A stretch of DNA of 64,000 bases, taken from Bacteroidota bacterium. Lineage in GTDB: Bacteria; Bacteroidota; Bacteroidia; Bacteroidales; F082. The notes beneath the pieces are model-generated. The model was given only the letters and a program-made list of their open reading frames with translations, made no database searches and was not told the origin of the DNA. The position numbers were made by a program, and so were the translations under genes. Positions 18,611 through 28,602 of this stretch are shown here, one piece after another (positions within the stretch are counted from its first letter, which is position 1; each line of letters begins with the position of its first letter). Location: NCBI GenBank assembly GCA_018830105.1, contig JAHJTC010000014.1, positions 107,716 through 171,715 of the forward strand. Direction: 5' to 3'.

Positions 18611-18703
18611 GAGCCTGCTACGGAGTATCTCTCAGACGAAGAAACGCTACTTTCGGTTTTAATTGTAAATTTGTCCACTTCAAAAAAAGCTTTTTTTGTT
18701 ACA

Positions 18704-20740
18704 ATGGAATTCTTAAACCCCCAAATGCTGTACGGACTTTTTGCACTTGCTATCCCTGTTGTGGTGCATTTGTTTAATTTTCGCCGGCACAAATTGGTTT
18801 ATTTTAGTGATATTACACTGCTCGAAAATCTGAAACAGCAAACGGCACGAACAAACAAGCTGAAGCATTTGTTGGTTTTGCTGTTACGTTTGTTAGCGAT
18901 TGCCGCCCTTGTTCTGGCTTTTGCCCGCCCGTATTTTCCGTCAGAAAGCAATATGCAACAATCAGAAAATGAGATTGTAATGCTTTATCTGGATAATTCG
19001 ACGAGTATGCAATCAGCCGGTATTTATGGCGCCCTGCTGGATGATGCGCGTAAATCGGCTTTTGAAATAGTTAATTTTTTTGGGCCGGATAAGCAGTTTA
19101 TTCTGTTGACAAACAGTTTTTCATTGCGACAGGAACGCCCCATGAATCGCGATGAAATGAAGCAGCAGTTGGCTTATGTTATGCCCGACGCACCGCCGGT
19201 TGAAGCAGATGAAATTTTCAGGAGAGCCAAAAGTCTGGCAGCTAAATTTGAACAAAGTAAGTCGAGGTTATTTTTATTTTCCGACTTTCAGAGGTCTTCT
19301 TTTAATACACTAAACACAGAACCGGATAGTAGCCTTTCGCTTTATCTGCTGCCTTTTAGTTCGGGATTGCGATCCAATGTTTTTATCGACTCCTGCTGGC
19401 TTGAGAGTCCTGTTGTTCAGGTTGATATGCCTGTTGTGCTTAATGTTCGACTTAAAAATCATGCCGATGAGGGTTTGAAAGGCTTAGCGGTCAGTCTGGA
19501 AAACGAAAACAAAACGCTGGCTGTCTCAAACACGGATATCGATGCCTGGGGCGAAAATAGGGTAAGTCTGAGTTTTGTGCCCGAAACCAGTGGCAATTTC
19601 AGGGCAAATGTGCGCATCTCTGATTACCCGATTGTGTTTGATGACAATTATTTTGTCAACCTGAATATTGCGTCTAGTCTGCGTGTTCTGGAATTATTTG
19701 AAGATAGTCCGGATCAGTCTTTGGAGTATCTTTTTGCAGAAGATACGCTCTTCAATTTTGACCGGCGCAATGTGCTTCAGTTCGATATTCAGTCACTTTC
19801 GCAATACAATCTGGTAATAGCTCCTTATTCGGAAAAGCTCAGCGAAGGTTTAAAACTGGCCTTAACAGCATATGCTGATGCAGGTGGCGCGCTGCTATTG
19901 CATGCTCCATTGCTGGCAAGCTCCTTGACCGCGAGTTTGGATCCTGCACTTGAAACGCAAATAGGTACATTTGCTGATACTGCTTCAACACGCCTCAATA
20001 TGATTACGGATGAGCATCCTTTTTTTAAGAATGTGTTTACAAAGGTGCCCACAAATGTTGATCTTCCAACTGTAAATAAATATTTTGCGCTCAAATCAAC
20101 AACTTCGGCAGCGGTACTGATTAATATGCTCAATGGGAATCCTTTTCTAATGCTTCAAGATGTTGGGCAGGGTTCGGTATTTCATTTGGCCGTAAATTTG
20201 AATGAGCGCTGGTCAGGTCTGACCGAAAGCAGTCTTTTTGCTCCATTGCTGGTACGAATGGCTTTTTGGGGAACTGGGGGCAATGCATTGGCTTACGAAA
20301 TCGGCATTGACAGGCGTATTCCTTTAAAGATGAAACCAAGCAGCATAGATGATGTGCTGAATATTAAATCATTGTCTTCCGGTTTTGAGTTTATTCCGGC
20401 TACTGAACGCAGAGGTCAGCAGCTGTTAATAAGTATGGCTGATCAGCTTCCCGAGCCGGGTTTTTATGGTATTTATAATGCAGATAATTTGGTTAGTATG
20501 ACCGCTTGGAACGAGAGCAGGAGGGAGTCGGAAATGGTTTTTTTGTCAGGAGATGAAGTTGCTGAAAAATTATCAGACAAAGGTTTTAATCTTGTTAAAA
20601 CATTGTCGTCCGGTCAGTCGGATGCATACGGGAGCCTATCTGATGAACTTCAGGAAGCAACACAATGGTGGTGGTTTATTTTGGCAGCTTTAGTGTTTCT
20701 GATTGCTGAGACTTTAATTTTGCGCTTTTGGAAAAGTTAA
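18704..20740 (+). CDS. BatA-like aerotolerance-regulator N-terminal domain membrane protein
   Basis: MEFLNPQMLYGLFALAIPVVVHLFNFRRHK is the BatA_N signature. It has a C-terminal TM helix. The start is moved to 18704 because the tracked 5' extension covers the gdhA terminator, and a TAAATTTG -7 box sits at 18666-18673. Confidence 0.8.
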   Translation: MEFLNPQMLYGLFALAIPVVVHLFNFRRHKLVYFSDITLLENLKQQTARTNKLKHLLVLLLRLLAIAALVLAFARPYFPSESNMQQSENEIVMLYLDNSTSMQSAGIYGALLDDARKSAFEIVNFFGPDKQFILLTNSFSLRQERPMNRDEMKQQLAYVMPDAPPVEADEIFRRAKSLAAKFEQSKSRLFLFSDFQRSSFNTLNTEPDSSLSLYLLPFSSGLRSNVFIDSCWLESPVVQVDMPVVLNVRLKNHADEGLKGLAVSLENENKTLAVSNTDIDAWGENRVSLSFVPETSGNFRANVRISDYPIVFDDNYFVNLNIASSLRVLELFEDSPDQSLEYLFAEDTLFNFDRRNVLQFDIQSLSQYNLVIAPYSEKLSEGLKLALTAYADAGGALLLHAPLLASSLTASLDPALETQIGTFADTASTRLNMITDEHPFFKNVFTKVPTNVDLPTVNKYFALKSTTSAAVLINMLNGNPFLMLQDVGQGSVFHLAVNLNERWSGLTESSLFAPLLVRMAFWGTGGNALAYEIGIDRRIPLKMKPSSIDDVLNIKSLSSGFEFIPATERRGQQLLISMADQLPEPGFYGIYNADNLVSMTAWNESRRESEMVFLSGDEVAEKLSDKGFNLVKTLSSGQSDAYGSLSDELQEATQWWWFILAALVFLIAETLILRFWKS

Positions 20741-20813
20741 GGTCGAGGCCAGGTTATTTTAAATTTTTTATTATCAATAGCAAAGAGAAGAACGAAAGGA
20801 TAAGTAGTATAAA

Positions 20814-23534
20814 ATGAGCGAGATTGATGACTATACACCTCACAATGAGGGATCAGAGACTTCAGATAAGGGCGATATTCATCGCACTATACAACTATCG
20901 GGCATGTACGAGAGTTGGTTTCTGGATTACGCCTCTTATGTAATTCTGGAACGTGCTGTACCGGATATTCAGGATGGCTTGAAACCTGTTCAGCGTCGTA
21001 TCATGCATTCTATGAAGAATTTGGATGATGGACGCTACAACAAGGTAGCTAATATCATTGGAAATACCATGCAGTTTCATCCGCACGGTGATGCTTCTAT
21101 CGGTGACGCGCTGGTGCAATTGGGACAAAAGGAGATATTGATTGATGCACAGGGAAACTGGGGCAATGTACTTACAGGCGATAGCGCGGCCGCATCACGT
21201 TATATCGAAGCCAGAATCTCTAAGTTTGCCGCTGAGGTCGTCTTTAATCCGAAAACAACTGCATGGAAACTTTCTTACGACGGAAGAAATAAGGAACCCA
21301 TTGCTTTACCTGTTAAGTTTCCCTTACTATTGGCGCAGGGCGTTGAAGGAATTGCTGTTGGACTGGCCTCTAAAATCCTTCCTCATAACTTTAACGAGCT
21401 AATTGACGCTTCTATCAGTTGTCTTAAAAACGAGGATTTTGAGCTGCTCCCCGACTTTATAACCGGAGGCATGGCCGATTGTTCTAAATACAATGAGGGA
21501 TTAAGAGGTGGAAAAGTAAGGGTGCGGGCAAAGATTAGTCAGGTCGATAGAAAGATGTTGGTTATTAATGAGATACCCTTTGGAACAACAACAACCAGCC
21601 TGATTGAAAGTATTATAGCAGCAAACGATAAAGGAAAAATTAAGGTAAAGAAGATAGATGACAATACAGCTGAAAAAGTTGAAATTATGATCCATCTTGC
21701 TTCGGGAGTTTCACCGGATCAAACTATTGATGCGCTTTTCGCTTTTACACAGTGTGAGGTTTCTATTTCACCCAATTCATGTGTGATCGCCGAAGGCAAG
21801 CCGGCTTTCTGGAGTGTTCATAAAATACTCGAATACAACACAAACCGAACACTTGAACTGCTGCAACAAGAGCTGCAAATCAGGCTGCAGGAGCTCGAAG
21901 CCGATTGGCATGGCTCATCTTTGGAGAAAATATTTATTGAGCAAAGAATCTACCGGGATATTGAGCAGTCAGAAACCTGGGAGGATGTGATTCTGGCAAT
22001 TGATGCCGGCTTGAAACCCTTTATAAAAAACCTGCGCAAAGAGGTCACCAGAGATGATATTGCCAGACTCACAGAAATAAAAATCAAACGGATCTCAAAA
22101 TATAACACCTTCAAAGCTGACGAGCATATCCGATCGCTTGAAGAAGAGATGGAGGAGGTTAAAAATCACTTGGATCACATTGTTGATTATACCATCAATT
22201 TTTTCAGGCAGATAAAAAAGAAATATGGAGCCGGCCGCGAACGCAAAACCGAATTGCGGAGTTTTGATAATATCGAGGCTGCTTCCGTTGCCGCCAATAA
22301 CGAAAAGCTGTACGTCAACAGGATTGAAGGTTTTGCAGGTACCTCGCTCAAAAAGGATGAGTTTGTGTGCGATTGCAGCGATTTGGACGATATGATTGTT
22401 TTTCGCGAGAATGGAACTTTTCTGGTGACAAAGGTGAACACAAAAACCTTCGTTGGAGAAAATATTATTCATATTGATATTTTCCGAAAAAATGATGATC
22501 GCACCATCTATAATATGGTGTATCGCGATGGCAGAAAAGGACCCTGGTTGATCAAACGATTTGCAGTTCTTGGCGTAACACGCGATAAGGAATATCAGCT
22601 CACTGCCGGCACTCCCGACTCGAAAGTTGTATATTTCAGTGCCAATCCTAATGGAGAAGCTGAGACCATTAAAGTGCTGCTTCGGCCAAAGCCTAAATTG
22701 AAGAAACTGTCTTTTGAGTTTGACTTTGCTGAACTGGCTATCAAAGGCCGCAGCGCCAAGGGAAATATACTTACAAAGCATGCGGTTAGGCAAATCAGTA
22801 AGCGTGATGAGGGTGTTTCGACCTTGAAAGCCAGGGATATATGGTACGATGAGTCGGTAAAAAGGCTCACAACGGATGAGCGTGGTAATTATCTTGGCGC
22901 TTTTGGTGCCAATGATAAATTGTTGCAAGTATTTGGAAATGGAGAGTTTAAGCTAACTGGTTACGAGCTTTCCACGCATTTTGATGATGACCTGAAATTG
23001 CTACGTAAATTTGATCCTGATGAGGTATTAAGTGTCATTTATGTTGAGGGTGAAACGCAGAAAATCTATCTCAAGCGTTTCCAGATCGAAGAGGATATTG
23101 TTCTCAACAGGCGCTATTCCAGCATTGGCGAGCATCCACAGTCGGTTTTCAAACATATTGTTTTCGACAGATTCCCAATGCTTGATCTGGAGTTTGATGC
23201 CAATGGCAATGGCAAAAAACCTGAGGATGACAAAGTTTCTGTAGCGGAATTCATTGGCTTGAAAAGCTACAAAGCCAAAGGTAAACGGCTTTCTAATAAA
23301 GAGATTATCAAAGTCACTTTTTTGGAACCTTTGACGCCTCCCGATGAAATACAGGCTGAAGAAGAGCAAATTGAGGAAACATCGACTCAGCATGATGACG
23401 TTGAGCAGGACGTTATTGAACCGAATACTGAAACCAGTGAACAGGTTGAGAAAGAAGAAGAGAACAAAACGGAGCCAAAAACTTCGGGCAAAAAACCACT
23501 CGATCCACCAGCCCAAATGGAACTGGAATTTTAA
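20814..23534 (+). CDS. parC: DNA topoisomerase IV subunit A
   Basis: 906 aa. MYESWFLDYASYVILERAVPDIQDGLKPVQRRIMHSM and AASRYIEARISK (catalytic Tyr) fit the Bacteroidota ParC pattern. Long acidic/Lys-rich C-terminal tail. Confidence 0.9.
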   Translation: MSEIDDYTPHNEGSETSDKGDIHRTIQLSGMYESWFLDYASYVILERAVPDIQDGLKPVQRRIMHSMKNLDDGRYNKVANIIGNTMQFHPHGDASIGDALVQLGQKEILIDAQGNWGNVLTGDSAAASRYIEARISKFAAEVVFNPKTTAWKLSYDGRNKEPIALPVKFPLLLAQGVEGIAVGLASKILPHNFNELIDASISCLKNEDFELLPDFITGGMADCSKYNEGLRGGKVRVRAKISQVDRKMLVINEIPFGTTTTSLIESIIAANDKGKIKVKKIDDNTAEKVEIMIHLASGVSPDQTIDALFAFTQCEVSISPNSCVIAEGKPAFWSVHKILEYNTNRTLELLQQELQIRLQELEADWHGSSLEKIFIEQRIYRDIEQSETWEDVILAIDAGLKPFIKNLRKEVTRDDIARLTEIKIKRISKYNTFKADEHIRSLEEEMEEVKNHLDHIVDYTINFFRQIKKKYGAGRERKTELRSFDNIEAASVAANNEKLYVNRIEGFAGTSLKKDEFVCDCSDLDDMIVFRENGTFLVTKVNTKTFVGENIIHIDIFRKNDDRTIYNMVYRDGRKGPWLIKRFAVLGVTRDKEYQLTAGTPDSKVVYFSANPNGEAETIKVLLRPKPKLKKLSFEFDFAELAIKGRSAKGNILTKHAVRQISKRDEGVSTLKARDIWYDESVKRLTTDERGNYLGAFGANDKLLQVFGNGEFKLTGYELSTHFDDDLKLLRKFDPDEVLSVIYVEGETQKIYLKRFQIEEDIVLNRRYSSIGEHPQSVFKHIVFDRFPMLDLEFDANGNGKKPEDDKVSVAEFIGLKSYKAKGKRLSNKEIIKVTFLEPLTPPDEIQAEEEQIEETSTQHDDVEQDVIEPNTETSEQVEKEEENKTEPKTSGKKPLDPPAQMELEF

Positions 23535-23606
23535 AGCTTGCACTATTGTCTTTTAACGCAATACTGCAAACTATTTAGAATGATTCCATCAATCATTTGT
23601 GCTAAT

Positions 23607-23621
23607 TTTGCACGTACAATT
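23607..23621 (+). promoter_or_regulatory. inverted repeat GTGC-N7-GCAC overlapping a -7 box (TAATTTTG, 23611-23618) upstream of fprA
   Basis: Read directly as GTGCTAATTTTGCAC, 24 nt before the ATG at 23645. Confidence 0.3.
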
Positions 23622-23644
23622 TAGCTTTTAGAACTAAAATATTT

Positions 23645-24856
23645 ATGAAAGAACCTTATATTCTTGATGTTACAAAAGATGTAAAATGGATTGGTGCAAT
23701 CGATCACGACATTGTCACTTTTGATGTGGTCATGGAAACTAAGTTTGGCACAACCTACAATTCCTATTTTATTGATGCGGATAAAAAAGCTGTTTTTGAA
23801 ACAGTAAAAGAAAGATTTTGGCCGGAGTATGAAGCGAAGCTCAGGGCTTTGATTAATCCTGAAGATTTAGCTTATATCATCATGAATCACACTGAGCCTG
23901 ATCATTCGGGCTGTGTGGGTAAGCTACTCGAAATTGCACCTCAGGCAGTTGTAGTAGGCACGGGTACAGCCATTCGGTATTTGAAAGACCTTGTTGCCGT
24001 TCCTTTTAAGAGCCTTCAGGTGAAGGATGGGATGGAGCTTGATCTTGGCAATAAAACTGTCCGCTTTGTCAGTGCGCCAAATTTACATTGGCCTGATACG
24101 ATGTATAGCTATCTGCAAGAGGATCAACTGCTTTTTACCTGTGACTCGTTTGGTGCGCATTACGCAGACGAACGCATGTTTGATGATGAAGTAGGAAATT
24201 GGGACGAGGCCTTTAAGTATTATTTCGATGTTATCCTCAAGCCTTTTAGTAAGTATATGCTGAAGGCCATCGAGAAAATCCGACCCTTGTCCATCAAGAT
24301 GATTTGTACGGGTCACGGACCTATTTTGCGCTCCAACTGGAAACGATATGTTGATTTGTCGGAGCAATTTGCCAATGAGGAATTGCAGATGCCCCAAACA
24401 AAACGGGTTTACATTCCTTATGTTTCGGCTTATCATAAAACGGGTCAACTTGCCGAGGCTATCGGCAAAGGTGTGGAGTCAGTTGAAGGACTTGAAGCCG
24501 TGGTTATGGATGTGGAGCATACACCACTGGGCGATATTGATATGCAGGTGTCTATGGCCAGCGGACTAATTATCGGTTGCCCTACCATCAATCAGAATAT
24601 CTTGCTGCCAATTTATCGCATATTTGCTGTTGTAAACCCATTGCGCGATAAAGGAAAACTTGCCGGAGGGTTTGGTTCTTATGGCTGGAGTGGCGAAGGA
24701 ATGAAAATTATCAGGACAAATCTGGAGAACCTGAAGCTCGCCTATACCGAAACGGATGTGTTCGTTAAGTTTAGTCCGAATGATGACGATTTGCAGCGTG
24801 CCGAAAACTATGGCCGCCGATTTGGAGAATTATTATTGGAAAAAGTAACAAATTAG
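23645..24856 (+). CDS. FprA-family flavodiiron protein (O2/NO reductase)
   Basis: 403 aa. Metallo-beta-lactamase-like domain with HTEPDHSG plus a C-terminal flavodoxin-like domain (GCPTINQN, GSYGWSGEG). Confidence 0.9.
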   Translation: MKEPYILDVTKDVKWIGAIDHDIVTFDVVMETKFGTTYNSYFIDADKKAVFETVKERFWPEYEAKLRALINPEDLAYIIMNHTEPDHSGCVGKLLEIAPQAVVVGTGTAIRYLKDLVAVPFKSLQVKDGMELDLGNKTVRFVSAPNLHWPDTMYSYLQEDQLLFTCDSFGAHYADERMFDDEVGNWDEAFKYYFDVILKPFSKYMLKAIEKIRPLSIKMICTGHGPILRSNWKRYVDLSEQFANEELQMPQTKRVYIPYVSAYHKTGQLAEAIGKGVESVEGLEAVVMDVEHTPLGDIDMQVSMASGLIIGCPTINQNILLPIYRIFAVVNPLRDKGKLAGGFGSYGWSGEGMKIIRTNLENLKLAYTETDVFVKFSPNDDDLQRAENYGRRFGELLLEKVTN

Positions 24857-24905
24857 GACTGTTTTCGTTTATTTTGTGAAACTTTTGCATTGAAATTAAA
24901 CGATC

Positions 24906-25763
24906 ATGAATTTGAATCCAATAAATAAGATTTGGTTCTTTATAGGTAGTCTGAGTTTTGTTTTGGTTATGCTACTCAGCAGCTGTAGTCCTCAGCGGAA
25001 ACTAGCCAAAGAACTTGTTGATCAAACTCCCGAATGGGGCGTGCTGGCGCTGATGCCGGAGCAAATATTTATGATCAATAACCGCTACGACAGCAATGAC
25101 GAGAATATGGAGGGACTTTCCGAGTATGTGAAAAATCAACAATTGTTAGAACAAACTTTGCTATTGAGCAAGGTGGATGATACCCTCGTTCGCAGGCTTT
25201 TCGAAACAGCTTACCTAAGTACGCTCAGGAGTTATGGCGTACTTGTTTATGAAGAGAGCGCATTTGAAGATTTCTACGAGCGCGATAGCCTGAGTTGGGT
25301 GGTGAATATTGCCCAACTCGAACTTCAGGAGTTTATCGAAAACTATGAAGACGAAGAAAACTTTTTCGGAATGCGATATTTACAGACGATCCCGCTTAAT
25401 GCTGTAAATATTGGAGTATGGGTTGAAATAAGTCGCTTGAACGGCAGCAGTCAGAAAGCGCCGGTTTATTTTTCAGATCAGAATTTATTTGACGCGCTTG
25501 AGAGCGATTTTGTGTTTGACTTTTCCACAAACAGCGTAAATTACTACTACAATATTGACAGCCTGACTCCACAAAATGTCTATGACTTTTCGGGCTTTAT
25601 GGGTCGCCTGACAGCTGCTTATACCTATGATCAAATTCTCAATAACCAACTGGAGCAGCAGCAGGGAATCTCTGATGAAGATCCTGTATTTTATCGCTAT
25701 GATCCATACCTTAAACGCTTGTTTCCAACTGAGTACGACAGGTTTATTTTGATGGAAGAATAG
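24906..25763 (+). CDS. hypothetical lipoprotein
   Basis: 285 aa. Signal peptide with a Cys lipobox (LLSSCSPQ). No recognisable domain. Confidence 0.6.
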   Translation: MNLNPINKIWFFIGSLSFVLVMLLSSCSPQRKLAKELVDQTPEWGVLALMPEQIFMINNRYDSNDENMEGLSEYVKNQQLLEQTLLLSKVDDTLVRRLFETAYLSTLRSYGVLVYEESAFEDFYERDSLSWVVNIAQLELQEFIENYEDEENFFGMRYLQTIPLNAVNIGVWVEISRLNGSSQKAPVYFSDQNLFDALESDFVFDFSTNSVNYYYNIDSLTPQNVYDFSGFMGRLTAAYTYDQILNNQLEQQQGISDEDPVFYRYDPYLKRLFPTEYDRFILMEE

Positions 25764-25778
25764 ATTTTTTCCTGAAAT

Positions 25779-28598
25779 TTAACGGTTGCAAATGCCTGCA
25801 AAATCGCAATAGCTGCAGTACTTTGTTTCGGTGGTTTGAACAACAGGAGTTTCCGGATCATAGATTTCACCAATTACGATGTTGAGTTGCTGGATGATGC
25901 TGTCAGCCAAACTTGCAGATTCTTCGGGATCAGGAAGGTTTAAGTTGAGCATACCCTTGCCTGGTTTTTGCAGGCTGATAATACCACACTCCATTTCTTT
26001 TCCAGAAAATGTTAAATCCGATTTAAGGATAAGAAGCTGATAAATGGCCAGTTGCAACGCCTTACTTTTTGCGGGTTTAAGTAACTCATCCCATGCTTTT
26101 AAAGACAGGTCAGTTTCATGGACACTGCCGGTTTTGTAATCGATCAAACGAATCTTATCATTCTGCTGATCAATACGGTCGATAGTGCCTTTTATCTTGA
26201 TTTTCTGCCCCTTGGATTCAATGAAAACTTCGAGTTTCTTTTCCAGTCCTTTAATAGTGATTTCGTTACTGACAAGATTTTTTTTCTCGTAGCTCAAAAA
26301 ATTCTGTACAAACTGTCGGGCCACTTCCTTCATGAGCAAGCTATTTCCAAAATCTGCCAGACCGGCAGGGTAAATCTCCAGAAGATGTTTATTTAAGACA
26401 TTTTCTGATGACTCAGTCATTTTATCAATTGCTGTTGGCGTGATTTTTTTATCAACAAATTCTTGGTAAAGGGTTTCCAGCGTATTGTGTACAGCAGTTC
26501 CCAGATCATTGTATTGAATAGCATCGGAATATTTTGCCTGGACTTGCAAGCCGACAACATTACCCAAATAAAACCTGAGCGGACAAATAATATAGTTGGC
26601 CAGGCTGGAGGGAGACAGGCCCGTTTCTCCTTTTTTCTTGAGCAGTTCCATCACAGGAATACTTTTCGCGATGGTGATTGCATTATCTTGTTTATTAGAT
26701 GGCGGAGGAAGCTCAAAAAGTTGATTACGCAAGCTTATTTTTGGGTTTAGTTTGAGCAGCTCGAAGCGAATTTGCTGGATAAACCTGCTTTGCTCTCCGC
26801 TTCCGAATGAACCTGGCTCGTTGTTATAGTAAAGGTGAATGGTTTCTGCTTTTTGCAGTAGTCTGAAAAAATGATAGGCATAAACGGCTTGTCTGTCAAA
26901 GTGGTTTGATAAGTCGAATGCCTTTCTGATGTCGGGAGGAATAAGGGATTGATAGGACTTTTCGTGCGGCAGGATACCTTCGTTAACGCTTAGTATATGA
27001 ATATTTTTGAAATCAAGGTTTCTGGTTTCTAATAAACCCATAATCTGAAGACCTTGAAGCGGTTCGCCCGAAAAAGGAACCTTAAGGCTCAGTGCGAGTT
27101 TATTGAATAAGGAACTGAAATCTTCAAAATTGAGGATGGCGGCATTTGATTTCGTTAGCTGTTGGATTTTGATCAACAACTTTTTTGAGGCAATAAATTG
27201 ATTGACAATCGTATGCTTTTCCGGTTTTTTGCTTTCAAGCACCCAATCGCTCAACTGATTGATGAATGAGATAATTTCGCCCAGTTGTGCACTGATGTCA
27301 TCAGTAACAGGTTTTAACAGGGCTTCAAACAGAACCGCTAAACGGGAATTTTTGTCAAAGCTTTTCTTTATTTCTTCTGCTTCAGCAAATCGCTGGCTGT
27401 TATTCAATAGTTGTTGCTTCCAGCGCATAAGCTGTTGCATGCTTTCATCATCAAGCAAATAGGTGTTCAATTCGTGCGAACTCAGTTGCAGCAATGGTTT
27501 CAGGTGATACCTGGTATTGAGCTGTACTTTTCGTTGCTTCAGATGAACATTGATGTAGGTGCTAAGGTATTGGAATACAGCAGTTTTATTAAAAGGAAAC
27601 CCAAGCGTTACATTAAAATGCCCAACAGAATCAGGAATGGCATTTAACACCGGAATCAATAAATTTTCATCTGCAAGCACAATGGCAGTGTTGTTGTCGG
27701 CCTCGCTATGCATAAGTTCATGACCCATCGCTTTGGCTTGTGTCGCATTTCCGGGTATCGGATGAACAATAATTTGTTTGCTGCTATTAATTAAATCGTC
27801 TGATATAAAGTTCCTTACAGCATTTGGAAAACGATCGGAAAACTTCCTGATAAAATTTCCGGCTTCATGTAATCCAAATGCATTGGCCTTGAAATAATAA
27901 GTATCGATATCCCAAAACAACAGGGCTTTTTCGGCCTGAAACAGCTTAACCACGATTTTCTCCTCAGCCTTAGTCAGCGCATTGAAACCTGCAAAAATTA
28001 TTAACTTGTCAGCCGTTCTATTGATAAGTTCCCCATCTTCAAGATCAGCTAAATATCTTGCAACCATGCCGCTGTACGCCATGCCTTTTTCAGTTAAGCG
28101 ATTGCGCAGCGCATGATAATCTTTTTCGAGTAAGCGATAAAAACTGAGAAAGCGCTTTTCGCTATCACTTAGGGCTGTTCCATCCGGATGCCATATCTCC
28201 AGTGCTTTAGCTTCTTTGAGGTAGCCAAAAACTGCGCTGGCATCTGCCATTTGCTGGTCAATCTCATTGTAATCCTCTGCCATTTGTGCGGCAAGACCGG
28301 CATATTCTGCCAAACTGAAATCATCGGCAGTAAGCTGCGCGGCCTTCATCTCGAGTAGTTCAAACTGCACGCTAAGGGAATCGGCTAGCTCCCACGGACT
28401 CCAATCGGCAAAGGCTTGTTCTATCGTGCTGATCTGAGGCAGCCAGGAAGCTTTGGAAAGGCTTTGGGAGAGCGCTTTCTTGAAGAACAATCCGGCGCGC
28501 TTATTGGGGAAAAGCAGGATTATATCCCGAAGCCGATCAGCATATGTTACGGCAATATGCTCAGCAAGAAGTTGGATAAACGGTTTATTTGCAGACAT
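25779..28598 (-). CDS. AddB-like PD-(D/E)XK nuclease family protein with Fe-S cluster cysteines
   Basis: RecB-type nuclease motifs GTIDRID...LIDYKTG and QLAIYQLL. Cys in YIICPLRFY plus the terminal CSYCDFAGIC form a 4-Cys cluster as in AddB/Cas4. I prefer the start at MSANKPF (28598), which avoids overlap with murU. Confidence 0.85.
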   Translation of the reverse strand: MSANKPFIQLLAEHIAVTYADRLRDIILLFPNKRAGLFFKKALSQSLSKASWLPQISTIEQAFADWSPWELADSLSVQFELLEMKAAQLTADDFSLAEYAGLAAQMAEDYNEIDQQMADASAVFGYLKEAKALEIWHPDGTALSDSEKRFLSFYRLLEKDYHALRNRLTEKGMAYSGMVARYLADLEDGELINRTADKLIIFAGFNALTKAEEKIVVKLFQAEKALLFWDIDTYYFKANAFGLHEAGNFIRKFSDRFPNAVRNFISDDLINSSKQIIVHPIPGNATQAKAMGHELMHSEADNNTAIVLADENLLIPVLNAIPDSVGHFNVTLGFPFNKTAVFQYLSTYINVHLKQRKVQLNTRYHLKPLLQLSSHELNTYLLDDESMQQLMRWKQQLLNNSQRFAEAEEIKKSFDKNSRLAVLFEALLKPVTDDISAQLGEIISFINQLSDWVLESKKPEKHTIVNQFIASKKLLIKIQQLTKSNAAILNFEDFSSLFNKLALSLKVPFSGEPLQGLQIMGLLETRNLDFKNIHILSVNEGILPHEKSYQSLIPPDIRKAFDLSNHFDRQAVYAYHFFRLLQKAETIHLYYNNEPGSFGSGEQSRFIQQIRFELLKLNPKISLRNQLFELPPPSNKQDNAITIAKSIPVMELLKKKGETGLSPSSLANYIICPLRFYLGNVVGLQVQAKYSDAIQYNDLGTAVHNTLETLYQEFVDKKITPTAIDKMTESSENVLNKHLLEIYPAGLADFGNSLLMKEVARQFVQNFLSYEKKNLVSNEITIKGLEKKLEVFIESKGQKIKIKGTIDRIDQQNDKIRLIDYKTGSVHETDLSLKAWDELLKPAKSKALQLAIYQLLILKSDLTFSGKEMECGIISLQKPGKGMLNLNLPDPEESASLADSIIQQLNIVIGEIYDPETPVVQTTETKYCSYCDFAGICNR

Positions 28599-28602
28599 AT
28601 AA

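Noticed and set aside
18587-18703. 5' extension of the BatA-like ORF
   Set aside because: It begins inside the gdhA terminator stem. The conserved BatA_N motif starts at the ATG at 18704, and a -7 box lies at 18666-18673.
22095-22928. Unusually long (277-aa) antisense ORF inside parC, plus neighbours 22187-22441 and 22595-22870
   Set aside because: parC on the plus strand has unambiguous topoisomerase IV motifs along this stretch. The antisense translation is low-complexity (I/F/L-rich) with no motif, and no promoter box or terminator was seen.
23028-23543. 171-aa minus-strand ORF over the parC 3' end
   Set aside because: It mirrors the Glu/Lys-rich tail of ParC (a purine-rich repeat gives an F/L-rich antisense frame) and is most likely an artefact of composition.
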